DNA of 63,758 bases, filler included, from Octopus bimaculoides (lineage: Eukaryota): NCBI RefSeq assembly GCF_001194135.2. It is 5 parts of 5 records of this genome, joined end to end, with 100 filler letters (N's around TTAATTAATTAA, not from the genome) between each part and the next. Parts side by side here need not be neighbours in the genome. Positions count along the whole stretch, not along the records: positions 1 to 28,394 come from NC_068988.1; 4 more parts are not named here. One strand, given 5' to 3'. Numbering within the stretch: position 1 is the first letter of the stretch; each line of letters begins with the position of its first letter. Both the position numbers and the translations under genes were made by a program. Below the pieces are notes generated by a model. It was given only the letters and a program-made list of their open reading frames with translations, did no database searches and was not told where the DNA came from. Shown here piece by piece: positions 1 to 13,146 of the stretch.

Positions 1-158
1 TATATATATATATATAAGGGAGAAACAAGCAATAATAAATCTCTGTGCGATATATATATATATATATATAATGAGGATGGAGTGGAGTTAGGTGCATGTA
101 AAATTTAAAGAATACCAAAGAATCACGCGCACGCACACAGACAGACAGGCAGGCATGC

Positions 159-212
<54 letters not shown>

Positions 213-561
213 ACGTATAAGCACGCACACGTAAGCTCGTGCCTATATACATATATAAAGCTCCTGAGCATATTTTTGAAGTTAGACAAACGTTATGATA
301 TATCACTGGAATTGTATTATAACACAGTGTTCAGGCTTTACGTATGCATATCACACGCACCGCTGTAAACACGCATAAACGTGTGTGCTCTTTATGCTCA
401 AAGCGTTTCTACTCAGGTGTGAAACTGTAAGGTGGAACACAGAGAGTAACAATAACAATTACAAACGTACACATGCACACACATACACATACACATACAC
501 ACACGCACACACATATACATTCTTGTGTATATATGCATGAATGTATGTATGTATATATATG

Positions 562-608
<47 letters not shown>

Positions 609-1214
609 NNNNNNNNNNNNNNNNNNNNNNNNNNNNNNNNNNNNNNNNNNNNNNNNNNNNNNNNNNNNNNNNNNNNNNNNNNNNNNNNNNNNNNNNNNNN
701 NNNNNNNNNNNNNNNNNNNNNNNNNNNNNNNNNNNNNNNNNNNNNNNNNNNNNNNNNNNNNNNNNNNNNNNNNNNNNNNNNNNNNNNNNNNNNNNNNNNN
801 NNNNNNNNNNNNNNNNNNNNNNNNNNNNNNNNNNNNNNNNNNNNNNNNNNNNNNNNNNNNNNNNNNNNNNNNNNNNNNNNNNNNNNNNNNNNNNNNNNNN
901 NNNNNNNNNNNNNNNNNNNNNNNNNNNNNNNNNNNNNNNNNNNNNNNNNNNNNNNNNNNNNNNNNNNNNNNNNNNNNNNNNNNNNNNNNNNNNNNNNNNN
1001 NNNNNNNNNNNNNNNNNNNNNNNNNNNNNNNNNNNNNNNNNNNNNNNNNNNNNNNNNNNNNNNNNNNNNNNNNNNNNNNNNNNNNNNNNNNNNNNNNNNN
1101 NNNNNNNNNNNNNNNNNNNNNNNNNNNNNNNNNNNNNNNNNNNNNNNNNNNNNTATGTATATATATATATATATCAGTCAGCAGTTCATATATCCGAAAA
1201 CAGAAACACATATA

Positions 1215-1266
<52 letters not shown>

Positions 1267-1737
1267 TATGTGTGTGTATGTATGTGTATGTATGTATGTA
1301 TGTATGTATGTATGTATGTATACATATTAGAGGAAGAATCAAAACAAAGGCAGAACGCGTATCTGAAGTCATTTAGAATAATTTAATTAGGGCAACGTGA
1401 ATTTGAAGTCTTACAGGTGTTTCTGAGATAACCCAAGTGGTAGGTTAGCATCTCCACGTATCGGGTAAGGAATGAAATTCTAAGTTTATAAGGAATGAAA
1501 TAGAAGAATAAAGGAGTAAAAGTAGTTAGAAGGACACAGGTAGGAGATCTGTTATGTGTGTGTGTGTGTGTGTGTACATACATAGCTGCCCTATGGCTTA
1601 GCTGGCCGAAACTTTGAAGTCACTATCAACGATATTCTTGTTTGAGAATAATGATCATGTTCTCTATAAATGTGTAGAGTAACCTAACAGATTAACGTAA
1701 AATTGTGTTTATTACAACTGAACATAGAAACAAACAT

Positions 1738-1785
<48 letters not shown>

Positions 1786-1996
1786 GTGCGCGCGCGCAAA
1801 CTGAAATGTATGTACGTTTAAGATGCGTGTGTGTATACGCACGCGTGTATGTTTGTAAATCTCTGTCACCATGTTCATCTTTGTTTATGTTCCGCAACAT
1901 GGTATTTCGAGATACAGAAATCTAGCCTTAGAAATGAGAGACTATTGCGGTTGTCGATATCATAGAGAAATACATTACAGCCGTGTGTGTGTGTGT

Positions 1997-2155
1997 GTGG
2001 TAAGAATCTCACCTCCCAACCACTTGGTTCCAGGTCCAGTCCTACTGCGTAGCACCTTAGCACCTTGGGCAAGTGTGTTCTACTGTTGCCACGGGCAGAC
2101 CAAAGTCTTGTGAGTGGATTTGGTTGACGGAAACTTAAAGAAGCTCGTCGTATAT
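1997..2155 (+). mobile_element. SINE family A, 5' half ending in microsatellites
   Basis: gtggtaagaatctcacctcccaaccac...gtggatttggttgacggaaacttaaagaagctcgtcg. Confidence 0.8.
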
Positions 2156-2171
2156 CGTATATATATATACA

Positions 2172-2229
<58 letters not shown>

Positions 2230-2278
2230 GTACAAATAATATGTGAGTATATGCATATATGCGTACATATATATATAT

Positions 2279-2312
<34 letters not shown>

Positions 2313-2467
2313 GAGAGAGAGAAAGAGGGGAGAGAGTGTGAGGGAAAGAGAGAGGGGAACACAAGTGGCGGTCTGCTCCTCATTGTGAACAAGGATATAC
2401 ACTTGGCTTACGCACGCTCGTCCCTCTGTGTACATACTACATACACACACACAAGCACACACACACA

Positions 2468-2510
<43 letters not shown>

Positions 2511-2800
2511 ACACACACACACAAAAAAAAACACACACATATACATACACATATACATATATATAGGACTACGTATCCTTTCCTAATTGAAATCGGTGTG
2601 GTGTAATGTGCGAGAATTTTGGTTGCTGCATTTAGCAGGCCGTATGCCCTTTCAAAGGGTTTCCCCTGTGGGATGGAAGTAAACACTGATAATGGGTGTT
2701 CCGTTCTTCCGTACACTCTTAATTCAGCAGCAGTCGAAAAAAAAAAAAACTGTGAAGAATGCGCTCCAGTGGTGCCGGTCCCGTTTATTGTTTTTATCAG

Positions 2801-2844
2801 GGAATACAATATTCAAATATGTAAAATCTTTACTTAACGGCGGT
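2801..2844 (+). CDS. Possible upstream exon of the plus-strand gene: xNTIFKYVKSLLNGG
   Basis: Acceptor ttgtttttatcag and donor GGT|gtgagt, one open frame. This donor gives phase 0, which does not match 6244 unless the weaker donor at 2841 is used. Confidence 0.3.
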
Positions 2845-2973
2845 GTGAGTTATAAGAGTTTTGGCTGTTATTTTCAGCAGGTTGAGCGTAGTGTTAAATT
2901 GTTGTGCACGCTCGCCATACCTTGGTGGTAAAAACGTTGGTTGCTAAGAATCATACTAGAACTGTAACGAAAG

Positions 2974-3185
2974 CGGCGAGCTGGCAGAATCATTAGCATA
3001 CCGGACGAAATACTCAGCGGCATTTTGTCCGGCTTTACGTTCTGAGGTCAAATTCCACCGAGGTCGACTTTACCTTTCATCCTTTCGGTGTCAATGAAAT
3101 AAACACCAGTCAGTCAAGTTCTGGGGATTAACGAAATCAACTAATCCTTTCCTCCATAATTTTAGGCCTTGGGCCCATAGTTCAA
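2974..3185 (+). mobile_element. SINE family B (ggcgagctggcagaa..gttagcacgccgg..gttcaaattccgccgaggtcgac)
   Basis: A-box-like and B-box-like head plus conserved body ctttcatcctttcgg; at least 15 copies in the window. Confidence 0.85.
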
Positions 3186-3199
3186 GGACTACTTTAACT

Positions 3200-3473
3200 T
3201 AATGGTTCCCAAAGTGGGCGGTATTGTCCTCTTGTGGGGGGGGGGATTCCAAGGGGGCGTTGAAGAAAAGTGGGGCGATAACGGGGTAGCGATTCATATA
3301 AAAACAACAAAATAATGTATTCATTAGGTTAATTTTTATTTGTTAAATACAATTGATTTGTATTTGCATCAGAAGGAGGTCTATATTTGTAATGGTTAGT
3401 TGGGGGTGGGCGCGCTAGGAATGTGGCTTTGGTGTCAAGGGGGCGGCAGCTCGAAAATGTTTGGAAACCACTG
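3200..3473. mobile_element. hAT (Charlie-like) MITE, 274 bp
   Basis: TIRs taatggttcccaaa and tttggaaaccactg; perfect 8-bp TSD ctttaact at 3192-3199 and 3474-3481. Confidence 0.85.
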
Positions 3474-3512
3474 CTTTAACTCATAAGTTTGGTTCTGTTA
3501 CTTATATAAGTA

Positions 3513-3890
3513 GGCACAGGCGTGGCTGTGAGGTTAAGAAGCCCAGTTTGCAATGAGCTCACCTCAAGTTCAATCCCACTGCGTAGTACCTTGGGCAATC
3601 TGCTTCTATTATAGCCTTTGACTGATCAGTACCTTGTGAGTGAATTTGTCGACATGCATGAGTGATTTGTATTTGTACCCCACACCCGCTTGACACCCGT
3701 TTGACAACCGGAGTTTGTTTTCTTTACGTCCCCGTAACGTAGCCTTTTCGGCAAGAAGGGACCGATGAGATAAGTACAATCCAGACCTAAAGCAAAGAGT
3801 AGTGGGCGCGATTTCTTCAAATAAAGCGTTCCAGGCGGAAGCATAACATGGCCGTAGTCCAATGAATGAAAGTAGTAAAGCATAAGAAGT
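3513..3890 (+). mobile_element. SINE family A (tRNA head, central microsatellite, ...ccagcatggccgcagtc..tgactgaaac tail)
   Basis: Head ggcacaggcgtggctgtg..gttcaatcccactgcg; same body as at least 12 other copies in the window. Confidence 0.85.
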
Positions 3891-3907
3891 ACATTGATTT
3901 CAGACGT

Positions 3908-4290
3908 ATTGGAGTGGCTGTGTGGTACCAACCACCTAGTTCTGGATTCAGTCCCACTGCGTGACACCTTGGGCAAGTGTCTTCTACTATAGTCTCGGGC
4001 CGACCAAAGCGTTGAGTGGATTTGGTAGACGGAAGCTGAAAGAAGCCCGTCGTATATATGTATATATGTATGTGTGTGTGTCTATTTGTATATGTTTGTG
4101 CGTCTGTTTGTCCCTCACCATCGATTGATGTGTTTACGTCCCCGTAACCTAGCGGTTCTGCAAAAGAGATCGATAGAATAAGTACTAGGCTTACAAAGAA
4201 TAAGTCCTGGGGTCGATTTGTTCGACTAAAGGTGGTGCTCCAGCACGGCCGCAGTCAAATGACTGAAACAAATAAAAGAATAAAGAATAT
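3908..4290 (+). mobile_element. SINE family A, near full length
   Basis: gtggctgtgtggta...gtggatttggtagacggaagctgaaagaagcccgtcg-(TA/TG)n-...gactgaaacaaataaaagaata. Confidence 0.9.
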
Positions 4291-4844
4291 CAAAAATATG
4301 CAACTGATAGATGTAAAAATATGTGTGTGTGTGTATTTTTTTAATATAACTGAAGCAGTATTTAATTAAAATAGTTATCTGTGTATCATACACAATGTAT
4401 GTACACTCGATAATCACTTACTGCAGCATTTGTCCAGAGATATGTTGTATTCAAGGAAAAAAAACACAATAAATATGGGAGGCAGACAAAAATTTGTCCT
4501 TGCACCGGCTAGCGAGAGTGCACGCGGGCGCGCACGCACACGCACACATAAATACACCATATACACACATAAATACACCACACACACACACACACACACA
4601 CACCACACACGCATACACGCATACATGTGTGCGTGTGTATAAGTACAATAATTCAAAAACAATTAGTATTACCATTAACATAACGACGTGATTACATTGA
4701 CATGTATAATAATCCGCTTTTGTGACCCTAACCTTGAAAAAGTATACTTTTTGCATATCCGAATTACTAGTCACGCGTACACACAACCACACCAACACGC
4801 ACACGCATGCACACATCCACCCCCACACACACACATACACACAC

Positions 4845-4877
<33 letters not shown>

Positions 4878-5033
4878 TACACACACACACACATACACAC
4901 ACACACTCTCGCTTATCCTCTCTCCATCCCTCTTAGGCATACGCACTAATGTATTCATTTATATTTTTACTCTGCATCTCTCTACTGCCTCCACTCTCTT
5001 TAATGCGACTTACTTTAAAGATTTTCCTCAAAT

Positions 5034-5118
<85 letters not shown>

Positions 5119-5299
5119 TACACACACACATATTTATATACATGAAAATCCCAAGGGGCTCACCAGTAACTAAGTAACGCCGTTTATTTTCAGTTTTATG
5201 CCATTAAGTAGCAGAAGACAGATTAAATCTTCTCTCGCATAGAACGGCCGTTTATCAAATTTAGTCACCTTTAAATCTGCAGCTAGTTGTTGTGAGTTA

Positions 5300-5640
5300 C
5301 ATTACATTATATATCCCGTAGTCCGGCTGACCGTTGGGACACCACTGATGACTTTGCGAGCAGATTCCTCCACCCGCCTTCTGCCTCTCGCACTGCGTAT
5401 CTCATATTTAGGCTTGCCCACTCACGGATGTTGTTTTCCCACCTCTTTCTCTGTCTGCCTCTGTGTCTGCTACCTTTCACTATTCCCTGATGGATTGTTT
5501 TGGCCATCCCTGATGAGCGGGTGTCATGCCCAAACCACCTGAGCTTGCGGTTCTTTACTGTGGTAAGAAGTTCCTCATAGGGTCCTGTTGCCTGCCTTAT
5601 TCTTCTTTTCACTTCCTCAATTGTTATGAGTTATAGAGAA
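5300..5640 (-). mobile_element. RTE-clade LINE 3' fragment
   Basis: EELLTTVKNRKLRWFGH...GIVKGSRHRGRQRKRWENNIREW matches the RTE ORF C-terminus (LRWFGH, RGRQRKRW). Confidence 0.85.
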
Positions 5641-5986
5641 TTAAATGCCCTGCTCAATGTCTGTGGATTCAAACTACTTGAGAAGTTATAAGCTGCTATC
5701 CAGTCGCCTGTAATCCCAACCATATTTGTTCTTCTTAGCTACAGTGATTTTCTACTGAAGTCTACTGGTTGCTCACTAAAGAATCTGCTTTGCTACGTCG
5801 CCTTATCAATTTCATGTGGCGAAATAGCAGAGCGTCAGATGGAATGCCTCTCCGCATTCGTCCTGAATTTCAGCATTGTTGGTTCAAGCTTATCGAGACC
5901 AACCTCGAATTTTATCCTCTCGGGGTCGAAAAATGAAGTACCATATCTTTTTAGATTTTTTTTATTGCCTAACGATTAATACATAC

Positions 5987-6020
<34 letters not shown>

Positions 6021-6024
6021 GCAT

Positions 6025-6055
<31 letters not shown>

Positions 6056-6243
6056 GACATTAACACATCGACACATACATCTGTCCTCAACTCTTCTTTA
6101 CTGTTTAACATGACAACAACGATGTGATGATGTCTGTAATAACGTTAATAACCCCACCACTACCACCATCACTACTACTACTGCAGCAAAATTCAAACAA
6201 TTACAGCGTGACAAATGATGTCCCTACAAGCTTTTTCGTTCAG

Positions 6244-6295
6244 CAGTTTCTTGTGTGACCCGCGCTATTTACCCATACGGCCCTCATGATGATGC
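6244..6295 (+). CDS. Putative internal exon of an unassigned plus-strand gene (phase 1 to 2): (A)VSCVTRAIYPYGPHDD(A)
   Basis: Acceptor ctttttcgttcag with a tandem CAG (alternative start 6247), donor GC|gtatga, open frame, phase-compatible with 19621. Confidence 0.55.
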
Positions 6296-6324
6296 GTATG
6301 AGTCAATCATCCTTACCTACAATG

Positions 6325-6545
6325 AAATATTGCTTTCGAATTTTAGCACAAGGCCAGCAATTTTGGAGAAGGGGGTTAAGTCGATTACATCAACCCCAGT
6401 GCTCAAATGGTACTTACTTTATCGATCCCAGAAGGATAAAAGACTAAGTCGACCTGGACGGAATTTGAACGCAGAACATGGAAACGGAAGAAATACCGCT
6501 AATCGCTTTACCCTACGTGCTAACGATTCTGCCAAGCCCACCACC
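6325..6545 (-). mobile_element. SINE family B
   Basis: Reverse complement of the family-B body. Confidence 0.8.
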
Positions 6546-7339
6546 TTTACCTACAAAGAAATATTAATACAAATCCTCCATTTCTCATTGACATTCATTC
6601 ATGTCTACATTCTAGTTTCTCTTTTGTCTGTATATCTGTCTGTCTGTATGTATGTATTATGTTTGTCTGTCTGCTTGCATGTATGTATGTATGTATGTAT
6701 GTACGTACGTGTGTGCTTGTGTTTCTGTTTGGAGAATACGCAAAACAACGTTTCACGAAACAGCTGATACACCGTCTCCGACGAACTGAGTAGTAATACT
6801 GCAGTAATACAAGGTATTATAGTCCAGCTTGCCCTGCTGACTGAAATACTAAGCACAAAGCACTATTCCATTGAATCCTCTAACATTTCTAATAGCTGCC
6901 TTGCCTTGGATTCTCAACCGTTTTCCAGTATAAAACAGAAAAGGAAAAAAACTTCAAATAGTAAAAATCGATGATTAAGGAATACATAATGTAATGGACG
7001 CCGGCGAAGGAATCACACTTGGAATTTTCAAAGTCTTTCAATTTCTTTGATATTTTCTCTGATAATAATAGCACAAAAGGAGCACTTGTAGAAATTTTTA
7101 ATGATTTTAGTGAAATGTTTCATCTGTTCAATGAAATTTTAGGGGATAAAATGAATATGAAAAGATGGGGAGGAAAAGAAGGCAAATTGAAAAAGGAAAG
7201 GAACTTATTGAAATAGTGTAAGAAGCAACAGTTAGTGGTTAAATGATGGGGTTTAATACTTTAGCTTCCCTGGATTGCTATTAAAGCTATATGAATACGT
7301 AAATCTTAATAGCGTCTGTGCAGAACATCATACATATAC

Positions 7340-7840
7340 ATACACATGCATACATGTATACAAATATTTAGTTATTCATTCATACATACAAACATACATG
7401 CATACATACATACGTACGTATATACATACATACGTACGTACACACACACATACATATATACGTACGTACGTACACACACATACATGCATGCATACATACA
7501 TACATACGTACGCACACACACACACACACACATACATGCATACATNNNNNNNNNNTTATTCATTCATACATACAAACATACATGCATACATACATACGTA
7601 CGTATATACATACATACGTACGTACACACACACATACATATATACGTACGTACGTACACACACATACATGCATGCATACATACATACATACGTACGCACA
7701 CACACACACACACACATACATGCATACATACATGCATACATACATACGTACATAGATACATACATACATACAGACAGACAGACGTACATACATACATACA
7801 TACATACTTACATACATACATACTTACATACATACATACA
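7340..7840. repeat. (TACA)n/(CA)n compound microsatellite, partly duplicated across a 10-N gap
   Basis: Direct reading; representative of dozens of (CA)n, (TA)n, (TATC)n, (TACA)n, (AAT)n and (GA)n tracts across the window. Confidence 0.95.
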
Positions 7841-7884
7841 TAAAGATTGGCACATATGACCATCGGCTGTATAAATTTAGTTCT

Positions 7885-8110
7885 CTTTTATATCTTTTAC
7901 TTGTTTGAGATATAGGACTGCAGCCATTCTGGAGCACCATCTTAAAGGATTTCGTCGAATAAATCGACCTTCAACTTATTAGTTAAGTCTGGCATTATTC
8001 TGCTGGTCTCTTTTTCAGAATTGCTACGTTGTAGGGCCGTAAAGAAACCAACGCCGGTTATCAAGTGATGGTGGAACAAACACAAACACAAACACACACA
8101 CATATATACA
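7885..8110 (-). mobile_element. SINE family A, 3' half
   Basis: Reverse complement of the family-A tail (cttttacttgttt...ctggagcacc). Confidence 0.7.
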
Positions 8111-8129
8111 TGTGCTAATAAATTTATAG

Positions 8130-8400
8130 ACGCAGGCATGGTTATGTGAAAAGAAGCTTGCTTGCCAATCATATGGTTCTAAGTTCAGTCCCACTACGTG
8201 GGAACTTGGGAAAATGTCTTCTATTATAGTCACGGGGCCTACCAAAGCCTTGTGAGTGAATTTGATAGATGGAAACTGATAGAAATCCTCCTCGTGTGTG
8301 TCTCTGTGTGTGTGTTTAGCCCCCAACACAGCTTGATAACCGGTGTTAGTGTGTTTATATCCTCGTAATTTAGCAGCTCGGCAAAATATTTATGCCTGTA
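8130..8400 (+). mobile_element. SINE family A, 3'-truncated
   Basis: gcaggcatggttatgtg...gttcagtcccactacg...ccttgtgagtgaatttg. Confidence 0.8.
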
Positions 8401-9939
8401 TGGATCAAACAAGCTGGTGTAAAGAAACAGGCCTCGCATGCACCACACAAAATTATCGTCACTGCACGCGCACTCTGAGCTTCCCCGTTTATTTCGTGTT
8501 CTTCAATAAATAAACTTGATGTAATGAGCGCTTTTCTATCACATGTATACACGACAAAAAAAAAATGCAAAACAATAAAAAAAAACACGCACGCATGTGT
8601 TCCTGCATTTTTTAGTTATACATGTTTGAGCAAGTGACTTGATTTGAGATCGTGAGTTAACATAGACACCATTTCATAGAAGCCAATGCATCATAGAAGA
8701 GTCGGCATAACCATTTCTCAACTTACAAAATGTCGTACATTCACTATTAAGCAATGTCTAATATAAAGCGTCAAATGATTTCTTTGTACTTTTGCGGTTT
8801 GTTCACTGATGCACTTCATCAGTCGATATAAAATCAGCAGCGATGTTTAAGAAACATTAGGGATTTTCTTTCTCCTCCTCTTCCGTTACTTTNNNNNNNN
8901 NNNNNNNNNNNNNNNNNNNNNNNNNNNNNNNNNNNNNNNNNNNNNNNNNNNNNNNNNNNNNNNNNNNNNNNNNNNNNNNNNNNNNNNNNNNNNNNNNNNN
9001 NNNNNNNNNNNNNNNNNNNNNNNNNNNNNNNNNNNNNNNNNNNNNNNNNNNNNNNNNNNNNNNNNNNNNNNNNNNNNNNNNNNNNNNNNNNNNNNNNNNN
9101 NNNNNNNNNNNNNNNNNNNNNNNNNNNNNNNNNNNNNNTATAGATAGATAGATAGATAGATATAATGCTCGGTTTGGAACGTTGACTCTCGATGTAGATA
9201 AGCTATAAATAACAGCATAGGGATACTGGGTTAAAAAAACCTCTTTGGATAGAAAAAAGTCGACGGCTGCTCCATAGACATGTAACGTCAATATAATATA
9301 TATATATATCTCACGGTGGTGCACCAGCATGACCGCAGCCACTTGGCTGAAACACATAAATAAATAAATATACTTCATCAAATATTTGGTTTAGACGCGT
9401 TACAAATATAATAATAATAAATGACAATTTATAAATTGTTTGTTTGATGGTATCTAACGACTTCATGTATTCTTCACAAGGGCTACGCCAAGAATGTTGG
9501 ACATGACGAATGCGTAGGGTGGAAAAAGAAAATTTGAGAACTCCTGGTTCAATACATAAAGCAATGCTCTTTATATTGTATTTTGCTTTTGAATGAATCT
9601 GCTTCTGTTTTTGAATAAATCTAACTTGTTTAAACCATGGATCTGTCTTTTAGTTTGTGGCTCCTCAGTTCTTTTTAAATCAAATTCCTCTTTGCTTTTT
9701 CTTCTCTTTCTCTCCTTTTAGCCACCCAACTAATTTGCTTTTTTCCTATTCATTTAATTAATATAATTATTAGTATTAATAGTTATTTGGAGGTCAAATC
9801 CATCCGAAATTAACTTTGCCTTTCATCCTTTCAAGGAAGATAAAATAAAGTATTGGTCAAGCACTGCGGTCGATATTGCCGACTCTACCCCTCGCCAAAT
9901 TTCTGGCTGTGTGCCTTTGATAGAAACAATTATTCGTTT

Positions 9940-10150
9940 AAAATTTTGACGCAAGGCCAACAATTTCAGAGGAGGGTGTATGTTGATTGTTATCGACCCC
10001 ATTGTTCAACTGGTACTTATTTTATCAACCCTGAAATGATGAAAAGCAAAGTCATCATCGGCGGAATTTGAAGTCAGAACGTAAAGACGGACGAAATGCC
10101 ACTAAGCATTTTGTCCGGCGTGCTAACGATTCTGTCAATTTGCCGCCTCA
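9940..10150 (-). mobile_element. SINE family B
   Basis: Reverse complement of the family-B body; a partial plus-strand copy lies at about 9780-9915. Confidence 0.8.
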
Positions 10151-10328
10151 ATGTGAGAAACAATTATTAATAATAGTTATTATCTGAAACTGCTATTCTT
10201 ATGGAGTCGGGTTTTGAATTTGTAAGGAGAGGTCATTGTCTAAAATATCTGCCTACCAAGAAGAGAATCTTTGGTCAGTCATTCGGCCTGTTAAAAAAAG
10301 CCAAATTTCCATCAAATCACATCCTATA

Positions 10329-10499
10329 CAGCGGCGTTTTAAAGCATGACCACTGTGGGCATTTGCCCTGAAGGGGCCACTGGTTTAGGGACTCAAGTGT
10401 GATCTGTGTATATACTGTGGCTTGCTGCCAATAAATAAGTATTTTAGGGCCCGATGCATTGATTCGCTCGGAGCCTACATTGCTTCTAAGACGGCCCTG
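10329..10499. mobile_element. hAT (Tip100-like) MITE, 171 bp
   Basis: Imperfect TIRs cagcggcgttttaaagc and gcttctaagacggccctg; 8-bp flanks only 5/8 identical. Confidence 0.5.
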
Positions 10500-10598
10500 A
10501 CCATATCATCTTAAAACAAAGCTATTCTTAGATATAGAAAAATCACCAGAAGTTCTTTGAAGATAAGTTTGGTTGACCGTGGTGTCTCAGATCTAAAC

Positions 10599-11580
10599 AG
10601 CAGCAGCAGCAGCCCCCCCCCCACCACCCCCCATCAGCACCACCATCACCAGCAGCAGCAGCACCACCACCACCACCACCANNNNNNNNNNNNNNNNNNN
10701 NNNNNNNNNNNNNNNNNNNNNNNNNNNNNNNNNNNNNNNNNNNNNNNNNNNNNNNNNNNNNNNNNNNNNNNNNNNNNNNNNNNNNNNNNNNNNNNNNNNN
10801 NNNNNNNNNNNNNNNNNNNNNNNNNNNNNNNNNNNNNNNNNNNNNNNNNNNNNNNNNNNNNNNNNNNNNNNNNNNNNNNNNNNNNNNNNNNNAGCAGCAG
10901 CAGCAGCGTCAGCAGCAGCAGCAGCAGCAACAGCAGCACCAGCAGCAGCAGCACCACCACCACCACCACCACTACTACCACCGCCAATGACAACTCTCCT
11001 GTCACCGCCACCCCGCTAACGAATTATAGTCACCACTAGTGGAGTAACTGTAGCCAATATCACCACTACAACCACCGGTATCATCACAAGTAACACGACG
11101 ACCACCACCACCATCATTACAACACCGTCACCATGTCATCACCACTACCATAACACCAACATTATTACAACCACACCATCGTCACAACAGCAACCACCTC
11201 AGCATCACCACACCATCAGCACAAGCGCTTTCTCCACCAAACCATCGAAACCATTACTCCCTAAACTCACTCATCTCCCCATCCCCCGCCAGTCACCATC
11301 ATCACTACCATCGCCAACAACACCAATGCCACCACCACTCCAACATCACCACAACCATCACCACAACCATCACCATCACTTCCTCTACCATCATCACCAT
11401 CACGATCATCACCACCTCCTCTACCACCACCACCTCCATTATCACCACGACCATCTCCACCACCTTCACCTCCTCCTCCACCACCACCACCACCACCACT
11501 ACCACCACCATCATCACCTCCGTCATCACCACTACTATCACCATCAATAATAACAACAACGTCTCCACCACTACCAACCA
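10599..11580. repeat. Degenerate CAG/CAC/CAT trinucleotide low-complexity tract (with gap)
   Basis: Mixed (CAG)n, (CAC)n and (CAT)n; no splice context or complex peptide. Confidence 0.9.
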
Positions 11581-11882
11581 TAGTAACAAGATCAGTGCGT
11601 TAACCAAAGTTATTCCTGGCAGCGACCATTTTAGAAGAATTTTATTTTATTTTAGCCTAGTTTNNNNNNNNNNNNNNNNNNNNNNNNNNNNNNNNNNNNN
11701 NNNNNNNNNNNNNNNNNNNNNNNNNNNNNNNNNNNNNNNNNNNNNNNNNNNNNNNNNNNNNNNNNNNNNNNNNNNNNNNNNNNNNNNNNNNNNNNNNNNN
11801 NNNNNNNNNNNNNNNNNNNNNNNNNNNNNNNNNNNNNNNNNNNNNNNNNNNNNNNNNNNNNNNNNNNNNNNNNNNNNNNNNN

Positions 11883-11958
<76 letters not shown>

Positions 11959-12199
11959 GCGCAGACCCAATCGTATATATGTATATATGTGTATATACAT
12001 GAATAAATGCATACAAATGCATGTGTGTGTATGTATTTATATATATATAAAAGCACTCAAGAAATGGCTGTATAAATGGCCAAGCACTCAAGGAATGGCT
12101 GTTACTGTGTTGCATACATAAATGTTAAGCTTCTAACAGAGAATTATCGTGAACATCAAGGGTCATCTACAACCTCTAATTTCTTCAGATGAGTTTAAC

Positions 12200-13030
12200 T
12201 AGATATAAACATCATGAAAAATTCTCCCTTATAATTTCCTTTAAAGCCCTTGAACTTCGATCCAAACTAGACCAATCACATTACCTCTTGAAGATCTGCA
12301 AACCACACATTTTCTTCCTCTCCGAGTTATAAATCTCTCAGATCTTATTTATAATCCTCTTCTGCTGTCCAAGCTACACTCTTTATTCGAACTTCACTCT
12401 GAGATGTAGTATCAGCACACGCATACATTCTCCTCGCCATTTACCTCTCTCACTTGAATATCAACAACAAAGCCTTACGGATACTCTAGCTCAAGGTCAC
12501 CCTCCTCTTCTCCAAATATATTTGTTTCCATAACTGCTCTACAATCTCCTCCAACTACCAGTAATTCTTCCAGCATAGAGGACATCTAGTTCACTATACC
12601 GCTCTCCGGAGTCATCATTCTTGGAGACTTCAATGAGCACAACTCTTACTGATATTAGTCTCTAATGATGGCAGTCGGGTAGAAAATGAAACATCTCCAA
12701 TCCTTATTTCCCAACATCGATTTTTTTGTATCTCTTGTGTGTATCCTTAAATGACAAAGAGACATCCCAAGCACTCATGATTTCTTCTTCAACGCCATAT
12801 GCAGCTTTTACCAGATTATAAATATTTCTTAACCTATCGGTTCATAAACTTGTCTAATTACGATTCCTCATCACCCATCTACATGCAACAAGACGTCACC
12901 TCACCTATGATACTTCAAGTCAGTTAGTTAACTGGTTGGAAATTCACCAGTTCTGAGCCTACCACGCCTAGCCGTAAGTATGCTTCACCATCAGAAACAG
13001 GTATACAGATGTGAAAAACCATTTTCGTAG
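12200..13030 (+). mobile_element. LINE apurinic-like endonuclease fragment (CR1/L2/Jockey group), decayed
   Basis: HYLLKICKPHIFFLSE near 12280 and GVIILGDFNEHNSY* at 12608-12652 are APE-domain motifs. Confidence 0.75.
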
Positions 13031-13146
13031 TTTGGCTCCCCACATATACATGCGTATATATCTCTATAAATATATAGGAGAATAGCGGGAGGAAGGGGGA
13101 ATCACTCAGTATTTGGCATGATTAATATATGATTTAAAAATAAGTC

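Noticed and set aside
459-1386. Long ORFs rich in YI/HT/CV/X here and at dozens of other loci
   Set aside because: Translations of dinucleotide or tetranucleotide microsatellites and N runs; no coding complexity.
10557-11607. Poly-His/Gln/Ser/Gly ORFs resembling low-complexity transcription-factor tails
   Set aside because: Degenerate CAN trinucleotide tract open in several frames on both strands; no splice sites or domain.
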